Shown: positions 1-10,722, counted from the stretch's first letter. The stretch is 64,000 bases of DNA from Candidatus Hydrogenedentota bacterium (GCA_963668025.2 CAXXTH010000010.1:736001-800000), one strand, 5' to 3'. Program-made: numbers and translations. Notes: a model not told the origin generated them from the letters alone.

Positions 1-338
1 ACCGCGCCATGAACCGGCGCAGCGCTGGGGCCTTGGTTGAAAACAGCCTCCGAGCCGATGGCGATGGGCGTAGCGCCGCTCCAATCCGCGGTGGGCATTG
101 CGCCGGGAGCGGCGGCCCATAATGCAGCTCGCACATTCGGGCGCGCGCCGGTGGAATCGGCTTGGTTCCACCATACGCCATTTCGCTTATCACGCACGGA
201 GATCAAGCCAGTATCGGGATGGAATATAGCCTCAAGCTGGCTGTTTTCCAGTTTGGTTGTTTTTTCAGATGGTTCCGCCATTCCCGGCCCTGGAGCTGCA
301 AGGAACGCCATGAGCAGAGCAACAGACGCAATAATCAT
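1..338 (-). CDS. Secreted protein, N-terminal part (continues beyond window start); probably carbohydrate-active
   Basis: Not in the ORF track. Manual translation from ATG at 338 (RBS GAGG) is open to the window edge: MIIASVALLMAFLAAPGPGMAEPSEKTTKLENSQLEAIFHPDTGLISVRDKRNGVWW, with a signal peptide. Confidence 0.75.
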   Translation of the reverse strand, partial: MIIASVALLMAFLAAPGPGMAEPSEKTTKLENSQLEAIFHPDTGLISVRDKRNGVWWNQADSTGARPNVRAALWAAAPGAMPTADWSGATPIAIGSEAVFNQGPSAAPVHGA

Positions 339-342
339 GGGA

Positions 343-3300
343 TTACCTCTTAGCTGCGGATATCCGCACCACGGCCACATCCTCGGGCTCAAGCTCGATG
401 CGGAAGGATGGCGCGTTCGATGCCCCATCCCATGCGATGTCTGTATTGTTCACAATATCGTGCAAGGCGGCGTCTTTGCTGATCCCGGCGCGATCATCCA
501 TCGTGATCAATGCGCCCGCGCGTTCTGTTCCTGGATTGAAGACGGTGATATAAGACGTTTCGCCTTCTCCATACCGCTCCAACCAGATCTGGCCGTTGTC
601 CGATGCAGCCAGCGTCATAGGCCGCCAGCCCGCCTCGGCGACTTCCTTGATAATAGGTATATACTGTGCAAAAACAGGCCGATGCCGAGCCACCACGACG
701 GGATCGCTCCAATACCACGAGCCATCCGGCGCGGCCTGGTTCGACGGGAACATGCCATAGAAGAGGCACCGCTTCACATAACGCGCTTCTTCCTCCGCAG
801 AGAGATTGGAATATTGGAGCATGCCATACGGCTTGTTTCCGGTCATGAAATGCACATAATTGAATTTGTCATCCTCCCATGGCTGCCATTTATCTTCACT
901 CTTCCAGAACAATTCGGTGCCGAGCGCATCTAGATAAGGCGCGACAAACGGCGTGACGGGCGTACAGTTGCCGAACAGAATCAATCCATCCGGGTGCAGT
1001 TTTTGGGCGAGCTGGCGTACGAATGTGGCGTGTGAAAATATCTGGTGCAACGCCGGGCGGCGCGCGCTATCAAAAACCAAAGGCTCCTCCGTGAACGCCC
1101 AATGGCTGCGGCGGTAATTTAAGTTGGCCTCGTAGCACTCGATGGTGTCTAGATACACGCCGTCCATTTTGCAGGGCAACAGCTCGGCCTGCTCAAAGCC
1201 GCCGTTTTTCAGGAGATTTACCGAGCCATCTTTGAGTGTGAGCTTAAAATCATCGAGCCAGAGCGTCGAATTATCCGGCGTCCAGGCAGGTTGGCGGACA
1301 GTAATCAAGACTGCAATAGCAGGCTCTTCCGGCGTGGCCGCCACCGAGAAACTCTTCCACTCTCCAGAAAGCGTATCCAAGGGAAGAGGCGTGGAAGACG
1401 ATTTGCCCGATGCGTAAAAGAACTTGAGACTGCAATTATACAACACGCCTGCTTCCGGCAAATTGACCGCGCGGGCGTCCATGGAAAAGGTCATGGGGCT
1501 GTCCGTGGGTTTTTCCAGATACAGCACTTGCGATATGCCTCGAAGGTATTGCTCGAAGTACGAGCCGCCCTGGATAGGATCCAACCGCAAGGACTGTTTG
1601 CCTTCCGTCTTCTGTTCGGCATCAATGGCCAGGAAGGGATGCGCCGCCGTCCGGATCGCTGTCCAGCCGTCAATGTACCATTGATCTTTTACGGTGCGCG
1701 TCTCATCGATCACCGCGCGGTCCCAGTCCGAGATCGTGTACAAAGCGCCTTCCGGCACGGGCAGCCGCCCATTTGGATTCACGATCATCATGTTCTCATT
1801 TCGTCCGCCTTCTGGACTCCGGAACAAATAGCCATCCGGCTGCCCCCAGGCATTCTCGATGTATGCGCCTTCGTAGGAGGCGCATCGTCGGCGCATATCG
1901 AGCGGCAAGTTCTTCTGCTGGGCAACGCGCTGCGATAATGTGATGGAAGCTTCGGGGAGGGCAGGGCCATGCACTTCGGGGGCATCTACGTTCTCTGGAA
2001 ATTCATGGTGGTGCAGCCAAGGCTCGACATACCGTAGCGAATACATCCCTTCCCGCGCCGTCCATCCCATGTTGCTCACCGCCTCAATAAACTGGTATCC
2101 GAAAGGACGCCAATCGCCAGGAACAGTGGGCGGCGAAATAAAGGCCAGCCAGATGCCTTGCCGCTGCACGCGGCGCTCGAATGCCCAAGGAAAGAGGCGC
2201 TGATACTGTTCCGTCGCGCCACGGAAGCCGTCGCGTGTGTCGTAACGGAAGAGATAAGCCGTGAACGAGCCCCGGTTCGCCCAAGTGCCCGCGTCGGGGC
2301 TCATGCCAATATCAAAGCGGATGCGAAAGGCGCGCGTTTGCGCGTCGTATTCGAGCTGAAAGACCCGGGGTTCATCTAGCGTCGTGGCGATAGCCAAGCC
2401 AGCCCCATTGGCCGTCTCGACGCACGCCAAGGGGTAGCGGCTATTATAGCCATCGCGCCCCGCACCGTATTTGACGCTGTCGCGATAGAGTTTGCCCGCC
2501 TCAATGCGCCGCTGGCCACGGAAATGGTCGTGCCAGACGCCGCCCACGGCATCGAAAGGAATGGTAAAATACGCGCTCAACGCACGGTCTTCCGGAACGA
2601 GGCTCTGCCAGCGGCATTTGACGATCACATGATCCCGTTCGGGTGTGTACTGAACCAAGCCATACAGCTTGGCGTCTTCAGAGCGGAACTCTTGCAGTAC
2701 GGAATTGTCGATATGCTCGAGCGGCTCGGACGGGGCATAACGCCGGTATTGGGCTTGCCGCAATTCCACGTCTTTATACCAGGCCTTTGTAGCGCCGCTA
2801 ATGACAGACAAATCCAGATTAAGCTTTTCCAGGGGCCGGTCTGGGCATACCGCCACGCGGTTGAACTGCGGCCCATGATCGTATTGCCCAAAGACAGCCG
2901 AACGCTCCGGCAGGGCCTCGCCGCCCACATAAACGCCATTGGCGTTCAATGCGAGATGGCGGCTCAGCCATCCAAGGGCCGCGCCTTCCGCATCCGCCTG
3001 GCACCAGCCCGATAAAATCATCGGCTGCGGTTCTGGCTGGTTCAACACCACCGTGCGGGCGGGGCGGGGAGAACCTTCTTCGCCTGAAACGGCCAGCCAT
3101 GTACCTTCCTGGCTGTTAGCGTTCTCAGCAATGGACTCCTCAGGCATGCCCCAGCTCTTGGCAAGTTCGCCATCCAGCAAATTGGGCGCATCGAGATCTT
3201 CGGCCACTTCCTCGAATGAGAGCAGCGGGGCCCCGCCCAGAGGAAAAGCCTGCCCGCCCAGCGTGAGTTCCGTCGCGGAACCGTTCTTGCCATCGAGTGC

Positions 3301-3441
3301 GAGTTCGAGGCCGCCTTCCACTTGGATCGTCATGCGCCCATCCACGTTGCGGATGGGGCATTCCGATTGGGCTTGGCAGAAGACGGGATACAGGAGGGAT
3401 AGAGCGCAGAAAAAGAATGCATATGGAATATCTTTATTCAT
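343..3441 (-). CDS. Large secreted glycoside-hydrolase-like protein with inserted CBM-like domains
   Basis: 1032 aa, signal peptide, NLLKNGGFE CBM-type motif, DGVYLDTIE acidic motif; C-terminal half similar to 3777..5696. Confidence 0.65.
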   Translation of the reverse strand: MNKDIPYAFFFCALSLLYPVFCQAQSECPIRNVDGRMTIQVEGGLELALDGKNGSATELTLGGQAFPLGGAPLLSFEEVAEDLDAPNLLDGELAKSWGMPEESIAENANSQEGTWLAVSGEEGSPRPARTVVLNQPEPQPMILSGWCQADAEGAALGWLSRHLALNANGVYVGGEALPERSAVFGQYDHGPQFNRVAVCPDRPLEKLNLDLSVISGATKAWYKDVELRQAQYRRYAPSEPLEHIDNSVLQEFRSEDAKLYGLVQYTPERDHVIVKCRWQSLVPEDRALSAYFTIPFDAVGGVWHDHFRGQRRIEAGKLYRDSVKYGAGRDGYNSRYPLACVETANGAGLAIATTLDEPRVFQLEYDAQTRAFRIRFDIGMSPDAGTWANRGSFTAYLFRYDTRDGFRGATEQYQRLFPWAFERRVQRQGIWLAFISPPTVPGDWRPFGYQFIEAVSNMGWTAREGMYSLRYVEPWLHHHEFPENVDAPEVHGPALPEASITLSQRVAQQKNLPLDMRRRCASYEGAYIENAWGQPDGYLFRSPEGGRNENMMIVNPNGRLPVPEGALYTISDWDRAVIDETRTVKDQWYIDGWTAIRTAAHPFLAIDAEQKTEGKQSLRLDPIQGGSYFEQYLRGISQVLYLEKPTDSPMTFSMDARAVNLPEAGVLYNCSLKFFYASGKSSSTPLPLDTLSGEWKSFSVAATPEEPAIAVLITVRQPAWTPDNSTLWLDDFKLTLKDGSVNLLKNGGFEQAELLPCKMDGVYLDTIECYEANLNYRRSHWAFTEEPLVFDSARRPALHQIFSHATFVRQLAQKLHPDGLILFGNCTPVTPFVAPYLDALGTELFWKSEDKWQPWEDDKFNYVHFMTGNKPYGMLQYSNLSAEEEARYVKRCLFYGMFPSNQAAPDGSWYWSDPVVVARHRPVFAQYIPIIKEVAEAGWRPMTLAASDNGQIWLERYGEGETSYITVFNPGTERAGALITMDDRAGISKDAALHDIVNNTDIAWDGASNAPSFRIELEPEDVAVVRISAAKR

Positions 3442-3460
3442 GATGGCTATTCCCCTTTAC

Positions 3461-3483
3461 GTAGGGTGGGGTTTGCCCCACCA
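3461..3483 (+). repeat. GTAG-type REP palindrome, family A (GTAGGGTGGGGCTTGCCCCACC)
   Basis: Near-identical intergenic copies at about 18875, 23024 (reverse) and 46126 (reverse). Confidence 0.75.
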
Positions 3484-3607
3484 TTCCAAGCAATCCAAGA
3501 GCCGGTCCACACCCGTAGCTTAAACGAGGTCTATATGGACATATTTTTTCTTGATGTGTTCAAAAAACACTAATCTGCTATGCTGTGCGCTATATTCAAC
3601 TTCATCG

Positions 3608-3670
3608 TCATCTCCGCGAAAGCGGAGTTCCAGAGGGAACGCACTGGATTCCCGCTTTCGCGGGAATGAC
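3608..3670. repeat. Palindromic intergenic repeat GTCATCTCCGCGAAAGCGGAG...GGATTCCCGCTTTCGCGGGAATGAC
   Basis: Two inverted hairpin units; degenerate partial copy near 14467. Confidence 0.6.
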
Positions 3671-3776
3671 ACTGTGACAGTGTAATGCTTTTATGACTGT
3701 TCTCTTGTATGGCGATTAAGATTCTCTCAGCAATCTTGTCAAATCGTTTAAATCCTGTCTAAAAAATTTTCCTTAA

Positions 3777-5696
3777 TCACTCCACAACCACGACCGCATA
3801 CCCATTCGCGGGAAGCGAAAGCGTGATACGGTTCAAGCTCTTTTTGATGGGCAATCCACTCATCAACTCGGTGAACACTGCTTTCCGGGAAAGGCCAAGC
3901 GCCTTTTTATCGAGCGCGAGCCGTACTTCCCGCGCGCTATCATCGGGATTATGCACCGTGAAGTACAGTCCAGTTTGGACTGTTTTTCCATACCGTTCGA
4001 CTCGCACGTCTTCCGGCTCCGCATGGGCCATCGTCAGCGGCTCCCACCCCGCCTCCGCCACATGCTTCACGAGCGGAATGTACTTCTTGAACAATTCCCG
4101 ATCCCGGTCATAAAAACGCGGGGTGGTCCAATAGGCGGCGCTCACGCCATCGTGGGCGTAAAACATGCTCGGGAAAACGCCATAGAAAAGGCAGCGCTGG
4201 AAATATTGCTCCATATGGCCGCCATTTTCGAAATTATCGTTCATGAGCATGAGATAGGGCTTGCGTCCCGACATGGCACGCAAGAACAAGAAACGCTCTT
4301 CGGCCAAGGGCGTAAATGCTTCTCCCTTGAACCAGGAGAACTCCCGCCCAGGGAAATCGACAAAGGGGGCATAGAACCAATAGCGGAAGAACATATCATT
4401 CGCCATCAGCGTGAGGCCTTTGTCGTGAAGCTGTTCAGATAAGGCCTTCACAAAGGCATAGGTTCCCCACAAATTCAGTAAACACACCTTCTTGGTATCT
4501 GGCGAAAAGGTGAGAGGATACTCGGTGACGCGCCAGTGCTCTTTGCGGTAATTGTGGATTTCGCTCCAGCCTTCAATCGAGTCCACATAAATGCCATCTA
4601 GCCCCGCTGGGGGCTTATCGAGCCATCCCAAGGCTTCCGACAGCCGTTTCATCTCGCATTGGGCACGGTTGGGCCAGCCGGGATAATCGGTGGTAGGGAT
4701 ATTGGGAGCCGGATTGAGGCCAAAGGGCACGGCTTTCGTCCAGGCGATAGGTTCGAGGTAGATCTGGTATTCCCCGTTCTCGATATGGCAGCCGCTGGTG
4801 AGAACGGCCCACGCATAGACATCGCCTTTTTCAGCATCCTCCTTGATTTGGGCCAGCGCATCCGCGTATTGGGCGCGGCCTTCATATTTGTAATTGGTCT
4901 GCCAATGGCTTTGCGGCTCCGTGTAGAGGTAGCTGCCTACCCTGTGGTTCTTGTCTTCCGCAGCCAACTCGACCGCGCCGAGTTCGTGAAAGCCGAATCC
5001 AAAATCCTCGGGATGCTCGATGGGGGCCAGATCCGCGAACGGCAGCCAGATGCCCATGCGCGGGCTGTGGCGCTCGAACACATCCGGGTAGCATGTATGG
5101 TAAATAGCCAGCGCCTGCCGGAACGCCTGTTCGGCTGGGGCTTCAAAGGCCATTACGGCGGCGTCCGCGCACGAGGGGAAATGCTCAGGGATGGTGGACA
5201 AACCGAAATCGAATTCCGCCCGCAGTTGCTGTTCCGCCGGATAATAGGCCAATCGGACGAGCCGGGGCGGCGCAAGGGGAACCGCCAAACAGATCGTGCG
5301 TTTCCCATTCGTCAACACGGCCATGGGGTAGCGCGATGAAGTGCCTGTTACGCCGCAGCCGCGCCCCTCGTAGATGCCGGTGTTATCCACCGGATTGTAG
5401 TACACATCGTCATCTTCGATGATACGGGAATGCTGCGGATCGTCCCACCAGGTCCAGCCTCGCGCATCGAGCGGAATGCAATACGCCAGGGTGACTGCGC
5501 GGTCTTGTGAAGAAGCATCCTTGACGGTGCATGAAGCGGGCCAGAAGCCTTGTTCTTTCGGCGGAACACTTTCCAAGGAGAGCATATGCTCCGCCAGCAC
5601 TTGCTTGTTGGATTCCGCGATAAACGTGGTATCCGCCGCCACATCGCGAACCGCCCAAAAACCTCCCAACATCAGCAACAGATTCATGCCATGCAC
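3777..5696 (-). CDS. Secreted glycoside-hydrolase-like protein, paralog of 343..3441
   Basis: 639 aa, signal peptide; shared motifs DGIYVDSIE, RCLFYGVFPS, AEAGWEPLTMA. Confidence 0.65.
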   Translation of the reverse strand: MHGMNLLLMLGGFWAVRDVAADTTFIAESNKQVLAEHMLSLESVPPKEQGFWPASCTVKDASSQDRAVTLAYCIPLDARGWTWWDDPQHSRIIEDDDVYYNPVDNTGIYEGRGCGVTGTSSRYPMAVLTNGKRTICLAVPLAPPRLVRLAYYPAEQQLRAEFDFGLSTIPEHFPSCADAAVMAFEAPAEQAFRQALAIYHTCYPDVFERHSPRMGIWLPFADLAPIEHPEDFGFGFHELGAVELAAEDKNHRVGSYLYTEPQSHWQTNYKYEGRAQYADALAQIKEDAEKGDVYAWAVLTSGCHIENGEYQIYLEPIAWTKAVPFGLNPAPNIPTTDYPGWPNRAQCEMKRLSEALGWLDKPPAGLDGIYVDSIEGWSEIHNYRKEHWRVTEYPLTFSPDTKKVCLLNLWGTYAFVKALSEQLHDKGLTLMANDMFFRYWFYAPFVDFPGREFSWFKGEAFTPLAEERFLFLRAMSGRKPYLMLMNDNFENGGHMEQYFQRCLFYGVFPSMFYAHDGVSAAYWTTPRFYDRDRELFKKYIPLVKHVAEAGWEPLTMAHAEPEDVRVERYGKTVQTGLYFTVHNPDDSAREVRLALDKKALGLSRKAVFTELMSGLPIKKSLNRITLSLPANGYAVVVVE

Positions 5697-5875
5697 TCCC
5701 GTAAGTTGCCTACGTTTTGTGCATTGTGTCTGACTAGATAGGGGAATGCTTGCCTAATCCTAATGCGCTTGTTTCAGATTATAAGGCGTTGCCGCTGTTT
5801 GCCCATACATTGGCAAGCTCCTCTCAGAACAGTGAAGCAAATCCAATTCAACGCTTTAGATTTTAGTGTATTTAG

Positions 5876-6309
5876 TGCGACCTAAAAACCCACGTCCTTT
5901 GGACGTGGTCATAGGGCCTTTGGCTCAGCCTGTTTAAGCCCATCGGCATCTCCTACACTCGTGTTGTTCCGCAACACCGAAAAGGAGATGCCAATGAGTC
6001 GTTTCCGCAAATCATCATATGCGATATGGTATTGCCAATATCACATGGTATGGGCTCCCAAATATTGCTACCGGGTTTTGACGGGACCGGTGGGCAAGGA
6101 GGTTTACACCTGTATCCAAACGTTATGTGGGCAGCAAGTACGTGAAGTTCCAGGAAGAAACGGAACGTCACGATGAATAGCTAAAAATGAAGTATTGAAC
6201 CAAGCGGCGTTGCGGAACACAACCCACGCTTGCATCCTCTGGGTGCAAGCACTCAGCCACTCTCTGAGTGGCCAAAGCAAAGCCACGTCCTCTGGGCGTG
6301 GTTTTTTAC
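5876..6309 (+). mobile_element. Non-autonomous, internally deleted IS200-like element
   Basis: Near-identical to both ends of 49356..50020 but lacks 230 bp of tnpA; subterminal hairpins CCACGTCCnnnGGRCGTGG intact; preceded by TTTAG. Confidence 0.92.
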
Positions 6310-6399
6310 TGTATTTAGTGGTTATAATCCGGATCTTTGGTTGCAGCCATGCGCGCGATGTCATTTGTGTGTTTCGTGGTCTCAAATCCGGCAATGAGC

Positions 6400-7263
6400 T
6401 TAGTCCACCCCTTCCGCACCAGCAGGCATCTCGATATCTTCCGGTGCGATGGTTTTCAGCTCGGTTTCTGGTTCTTCCGGTTTCACTTCAGGGGGTTTGG
6501 CGGCTTCTTCCGGAGTCTGCACAATGAAGACGAACATGCGCGAATCCAGTTCCCGAGAGCCTTCCAGGGCGCCCCAATGGATGGCGTAGACGCCTGGCTC
6601 TAGCGGTGAAAAAAGATGCACTTGCTGCAAGATCGCTTCCGGTTGATCGATGGCCTCCAGCGAAACAGGAAATGCGGCCGTGGGCGTCCAGACATCGAGC
6701 GGCTCCCCTTTGCGTTCACCGGCCTGCTCAATACTCGAAGAAGCAATACGGTGCAGCTCCACATCCTGTTTGGGCATGTTGTAGCACAAGAGCGCCGGAT
6801 TGGTCTCGATGGTCTTCAGCACGCCCGGCTGATCGGATTTAAATTTGGCGGAGCCGTATAGGACGCCTTTATCCTGGGAAATAAACTCCTCACATTCGAC
6901 CGGCTTCGTGCCCAGGTATTGGCCGTCTTTGTACAAATACACTCCCTTGTTCTGGGGAAGACGCCACAGCCGCATCGGATTCACCTGGATGGGTTCGGGG
7001 GAATCGGCTTGGAGTTCGAGGCGGCCCGGCGTGTAGCCCGTCTTCGAGAACAGCAATTCAAGGCGGCCTGGCTCGGTGTAATGAACCGTATATGCGCCTA
7101 GCGCATTGCTCAACGCCTGGTGCTCCGTACCGGCCACTTGCACGACGACGCCCGGCAACGCTTCCTCATTGGTGTTGAAGACTTGGCCCTTGATCACCCG
7201 GCCCGGGCAGCCCGCTAAAACCGCAATGAGCGCCACGGCGGCAAAACACTCCACAATCCGCAC
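6400..7263 (-). CDS. Lipoprotein with carboxypeptidase-regulatory-like domain
   Basis: Lipobox LAGC; IKGQV...LPGVVV...GAYT...FSKTGY pattern. Confidence 0.75.
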   Translation of the reverse strand: MRIVECFAAVALIAVLAGCPGRVIKGQVFNTNEEALPGVVVQVAGTEHQALSNALGAYTVHYTEPGRLELLFSKTGYTPGRLELQADSPEPIQVNPMRLWRLPQNKGVYLYKDGQYLGTKPVECEEFISQDKGVLYGSAKFKSDQPGVLKTIETNPALLCYNMPKQDVELHRIASSSIEQAGERKGEPLDVWTPTAAFPVSLEAIDQPEAILQQVHLFSPLEPGVYAIHWGALEGSRELDSRMFVFIVQTPEEAAKPPEVKPEEPETELKTIAPEDIEMPAGAEGVD

Positions 7264-7418
7264 GAAATAACCTCCTATATATAGAGTCTATGCTTACGCT
7301 TCCGTTTTGTTAATTCATTGATCCGTGAGTCTACATTTTATCGCTATCGGCTTTGAGAAACTAAACGATATTCACCAACATTATAAGAAGTCTTAGTTTC
7401 GATGAAGGAAAATCATTT

Positions 7419-9035
7419 TCATGCCAGTTCCCCGCGCAAGGCCTTCGCACGAAACGCCTGCCGCCATGCTTCTGTCTTTGGAAAATCCTGGAAATTCTCG
7501 ATGGGCGCAAGGGCCGCATGGCCTCGGTTCACGCCAAGGGTTTGCAGGAGTGCATAGTCCTGCATGCTTTCCGCGAAAACCTCCCACCGAATGGAGTCGA
7601 TAGGCCCCGTGGAGCCCGGATAGACCAGGAACGTGTCGCCATACATCCAGCCTTTTTCCCAGAATCCGGCGTCGGACACCGTGAAGGGATCGATGAGCGT
7701 GCGGGTCTGCGACTGATACCAGTAATTATACCCCCATTGCAGAAATCCGTGGAAAGGCCAGCGGTAAAATACGAGGCCATGCATGCCGATCTTCGCCAAG
7801 GGCGTATCGAGGAAACGGTTCAAGTATCGCCCGCTTGGGCAGCAGCAATAATAACACCAGGAAGGAATGCCCTCCTTCAGAAAATCCAACGCGGTCGTCA
7901 AGCTCGGTATGGGCATGTCCGTGCCGCAATCGCGGGCGAGCTCGATCTTGGTCAAGGCATCCATGACCTGCATCCAGGGGGCCAATTCACGCAGCATGCC
8001 CCGCGCCTTGCGGTAATTGACAAAATCCTCCTCCTGATGCGGTTCGTCCGATACGTGGAAGAAGGAATGCTTCAGCAGTTTTTCCTCCGAAAGAAAGCGG
8101 TGCAGCGCCGGAAGGTATTGAGACAAGAAGGTGCGGTATGTCTTCGACGTGGCCCCTGTTTCCGGCTTCCAAAGGAGTTTTTCATCCGCTCCTTGCCCCT
8201 CGTAAATGCGAATGGCGTGCCGCGCGCCCCATTGGGTGAAGGGATGCGTCCACTCGAAATGGGTGAAACCCGCGCGCTTGGCGAGGTCGATGTACTGCCG
8301 CACATCCCGCCAGTCAAACCGGTATTCGCCAGGCGCGGTGCGCTTGACGCGCACGAGCTGGGTGGGGCGTTTCACGCCGTCGAGGGGCGGGGTGAATGCG
8401 GGCACATAAAGTGTATCCTGCCCATGGCTTGTCATGTTTTGCAGATAAGCAGGCAGAATATCCCAAAACGCCTTGCCGAACAGGCCTGTCCGGTACCAGT
8501 CCATCAGGGCGTCCGCATAAAACCAGTGCGTGATCTGGAATCCCCGGCGTTTCTTGAGTTTTACATCGAACAGCGCCACCCGCGCACGCAATACCGCCGT
8601 CTCGCCGTGCTCGGGATGAAGCGTAACCGTGATGGCATGTTCGCCCGGCTCAGCCCGGTTTCCTGGCTCGACCGATATCCAGAACGCATGCGTCTCGCCC
8701 GGCTGCAAGAGCAGGCTGTCCTCCTCGAAGAGCGGGTCCGGCACAAAGCCCGGCACATGGCCCAGGCCGTCCATGTCCAATGGCTCATCCAGCACCGGCC
8801 TATTGTGATGGGGCATCGGGACATAGCCCACGCGGCGCACCCGGATGCGCCATCCGGACGGTCCCGCCGCCTCGATATGAAGCCGCTGCCGCTCTTCCCC
8901 TTCCATCCGCACTACGGCCTGGAAACTGAAGCGTTCATTCAGCGCGGCCTCGATGTGAAGGCTCTGATTCGACTGAGACGGCGTATGCGGAAACTGGCGG
9001 TGATGCGAAGACACAAGCCATGTATGCAGCGGCAT
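7419..9035 (-). CDS. DUF4091 / GH123-like glycoside hydrolase
   Basis: SDEP motif, WCYYCC, GFLQWGYNYW, GDTFLVYPG, SIRWEVFAESMQDY; start moved to ATG at 9035 (GGAGG RBS). Confidence 0.8.
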   Translation of the reverse strand: MPLHTWLVSSHHRQFPHTPSQSNQSLHIEAALNERFSFQAVVRMEGEERQRLHIEAAGPSGWRIRVRRVGYVPMPHHNRPVLDEPLDMDGLGHVPGFVPDPLFEEDSLLLQPGETHAFWISVEPGNRAEPGEHAITVTLHPEHGETAVLRARVALFDVKLKKRRGFQITHWFYADALMDWYRTGLFGKAFWDILPAYLQNMTSHGQDTLYVPAFTPPLDGVKRPTQLVRVKRTAPGEYRFDWRDVRQYIDLAKRAGFTHFEWTHPFTQWGARHAIRIYEGQGADEKLLWKPETGATSKTYRTFLSQYLPALHRFLSEEKLLKHSFFHVSDEPHQEEDFVNYRKARGMLRELAPWMQVMDALTKIELARDCGTDMPIPSLTTALDFLKEGIPSWCYYCCCPSGRYLNRFLDTPLAKIGMHGLVFYRWPFHGFLQWGYNYWYQSQTRTLIDPFTVSDAGFWEKGWMYGDTFLVYPGSTGPIDSIRWEVFAESMQDYALLQTLGVNRGHAALAPIENFQDFPKTEAWRQAFRAKALRGELA

Positions 9036-9285
9036 AATAAAAATCCTCCCATGAAATAGGCAAGCCCCGATTATGCGCAAGCGTCGTTTGGGAACGCAAA
9101 TAGCCGAATGTAATGACAGCGGTGAAGAATAGCGGCGCCCCAGGGTCAGGCGTTGAGGTGATGCGGGTTAGACGGGGGGTGGCGAGGCCGACAGGCGACA
9201 GGAGGGGCAGCGGCTGTGCGTAAAGCCGGTGAATGGATGGGCGAGACGTGTAGGGCGGCGGCGCAACCGGGAACGCGCGGGCGCC

Positions 9286-10722
9286 CTATGCGGAACTGAA
9301 GCGGATCTGGATGGCCTCGGTGCAGAGGGCGTCATATTGTTCGCGGGACAGGGTGGCGTTGCGCAGGGCTTCGAGGAGGCGATGGGCAAGGTTTCTGGCG
9401 GAGCCAAAGCCTTTTGGAAAGTGGGCGGCCAGAAGGCTGCCATCCTCCAGGAGTTGCATGAGCAGATGGGCTATCTGCATCAAGAGGTAGTAGATCTTGC
9501 TGGCCTGTTCGTTTTGGGTATAGGCGTGTTCGAGGTTGTAGCCGCCGTTTTTCTGCACGTTGAATGCTTCATTTTCAATCTTCCAGCGTAAGCGTCCTCC
9601 TTCATTGGCCAAGGCGGCCGCATTGTGCGCGGATACGGGCACGTTGGTCACCCATTTGAACTTGGTTTTCTTCATCATGCCTTCTGCGTCCGGGCGGGTG
9701 TCCACGCATTCGAGCACGGACAGGATGTGTTCACGCCGCTCGGAATCGCGGTAGGGGATGTCGTTGACCCAGCGAAACTGCTGGTGGATTTCCTTCTTGT
9801 TGCCGCAACGCCACGTAAGCTGGTTTTCGGGCGTCGCGGCCGCGAGGCTCTCGAATTCTTCGTTCACGGTGGCCAATTGGCCGTCCGTGAGCGTAATCAT
9901 GAACTTCCAGCCATATTGCTGGCACAGCCGAAACACCGGTCCCGTGGCGTACAGGCCGTCCATCGCCAACAGCAGCGGCAAGCGGGGGAATCGGGCATGC
10001 AGGCGTGGGGCCAGCCGGTAGAAGGCTTTGGTCTCGCAATCCTGCTTGCGTTGTTGCTCGCTTTTCGCCAGGTCTTTCTCTGGATTCTCAATGAACTCCG
10101 TCATGAGCGAAAAGACCCACCCGTTTGGCGTGACGATCTTGGACTCCAGCACGGGATGGTAGTAGGTGATCTTGCCGCTCTTGTGCTTGCGCGTGAGGCA
10201 ATGGGCGCAGTGGCGATGATCATAACTGCGTGTCCCCGTGGCGTCGATGGCCGCCACGTAGTAGCGCCCGAACAGGCGGTGGGGGTACAACACCTTCTTG
10301 TCGATGAGCGTCTGCGTCATGCCGGAAACGAGTTCCTGGACCGCCTCGAACGGCAAACCGCGAAATACCCCGTTCATCGTATCGCCATGCGGCACGCTGT
10401 CCACGTCAAACAAGACCTTGTACAGATGGACCATGAACGTCGTGTACAACTGCAGGCGGACTTGCCGGCGCGCCCCGAGCCGGCATGCGAACATCAGCAC
10501 TCCCAAGAACACCAGCGACGCGACACTGTAGTCCACGTCGCCGGCTTGCTCGGGTTTGCGGGGATCGGGCAAGCCCGCAAAGCGCTTGCGCACCGGGCCA
10601 AAGAAGTGGGTGAACGTCCTCAAGAAGGCCCGGATGATTTCCGGATGCTCTTCTTGCGGGTTTGCAGGAACTGCCGTTGGGCCGCGCCCATGGCCTCGAC
10701 GAGCTTCTTGAGCTTTTTCCAT
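9286..10722 (-). CDS. DDE transposase
   Basis: LPDPR, AIDAT, AMDGLY, RWKIENEAFNVQK motifs. Confidence 0.9.
   Translation of the reverse strand: MEKAQEARRGHGRGPTAVPANPQEEHPEIIRAFLRTFTHFFGPVRKRFAGLPDPRKPEQAGDVDYSVASLVFLGVLMFACRLGARRQVRLQLYTTFMVHLYKVLFDVDSVPHGDTMNGVFRGLPFEAVQELVSGMTQTLIDKKVLYPHRLFGRYYVAAIDATGTRSYDHRHCAHCLTRKHKSGKITYYHPVLESKIVTPNGWVFSLMTEFIENPEKDLAKSEQQRKQDCETKAFYRLAPRLHARFPRLPLLLAMDGLYATGPVFRLCQQYGWKFMITLTDGQLATVNEEFESLAAATPENQLTWRCGNKKEIHQQFRWVNDIPYRDSERREHILSVLECVDTRPDAEGMMKKTKFKWVTNVPVSAHNAAALANEGGRLRWKIENEAFNVQKNGGYNLEHAYTQNEQASKIYYLLMQIAHLLMQLLEDGSLLAAHFPKGFGSARNLAHRLLEALRNATLSREQYDALCTEAIQIRFSSA

Noticed and set aside
37-933. 298-aa plus-strand ORF and other long antisense ORFs (7518..9059, 9625..11109, 40641..41861)
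   Set aside because: Shadow frames opposite well-supported genes in GC-rich DNA, with no recognisable motifs
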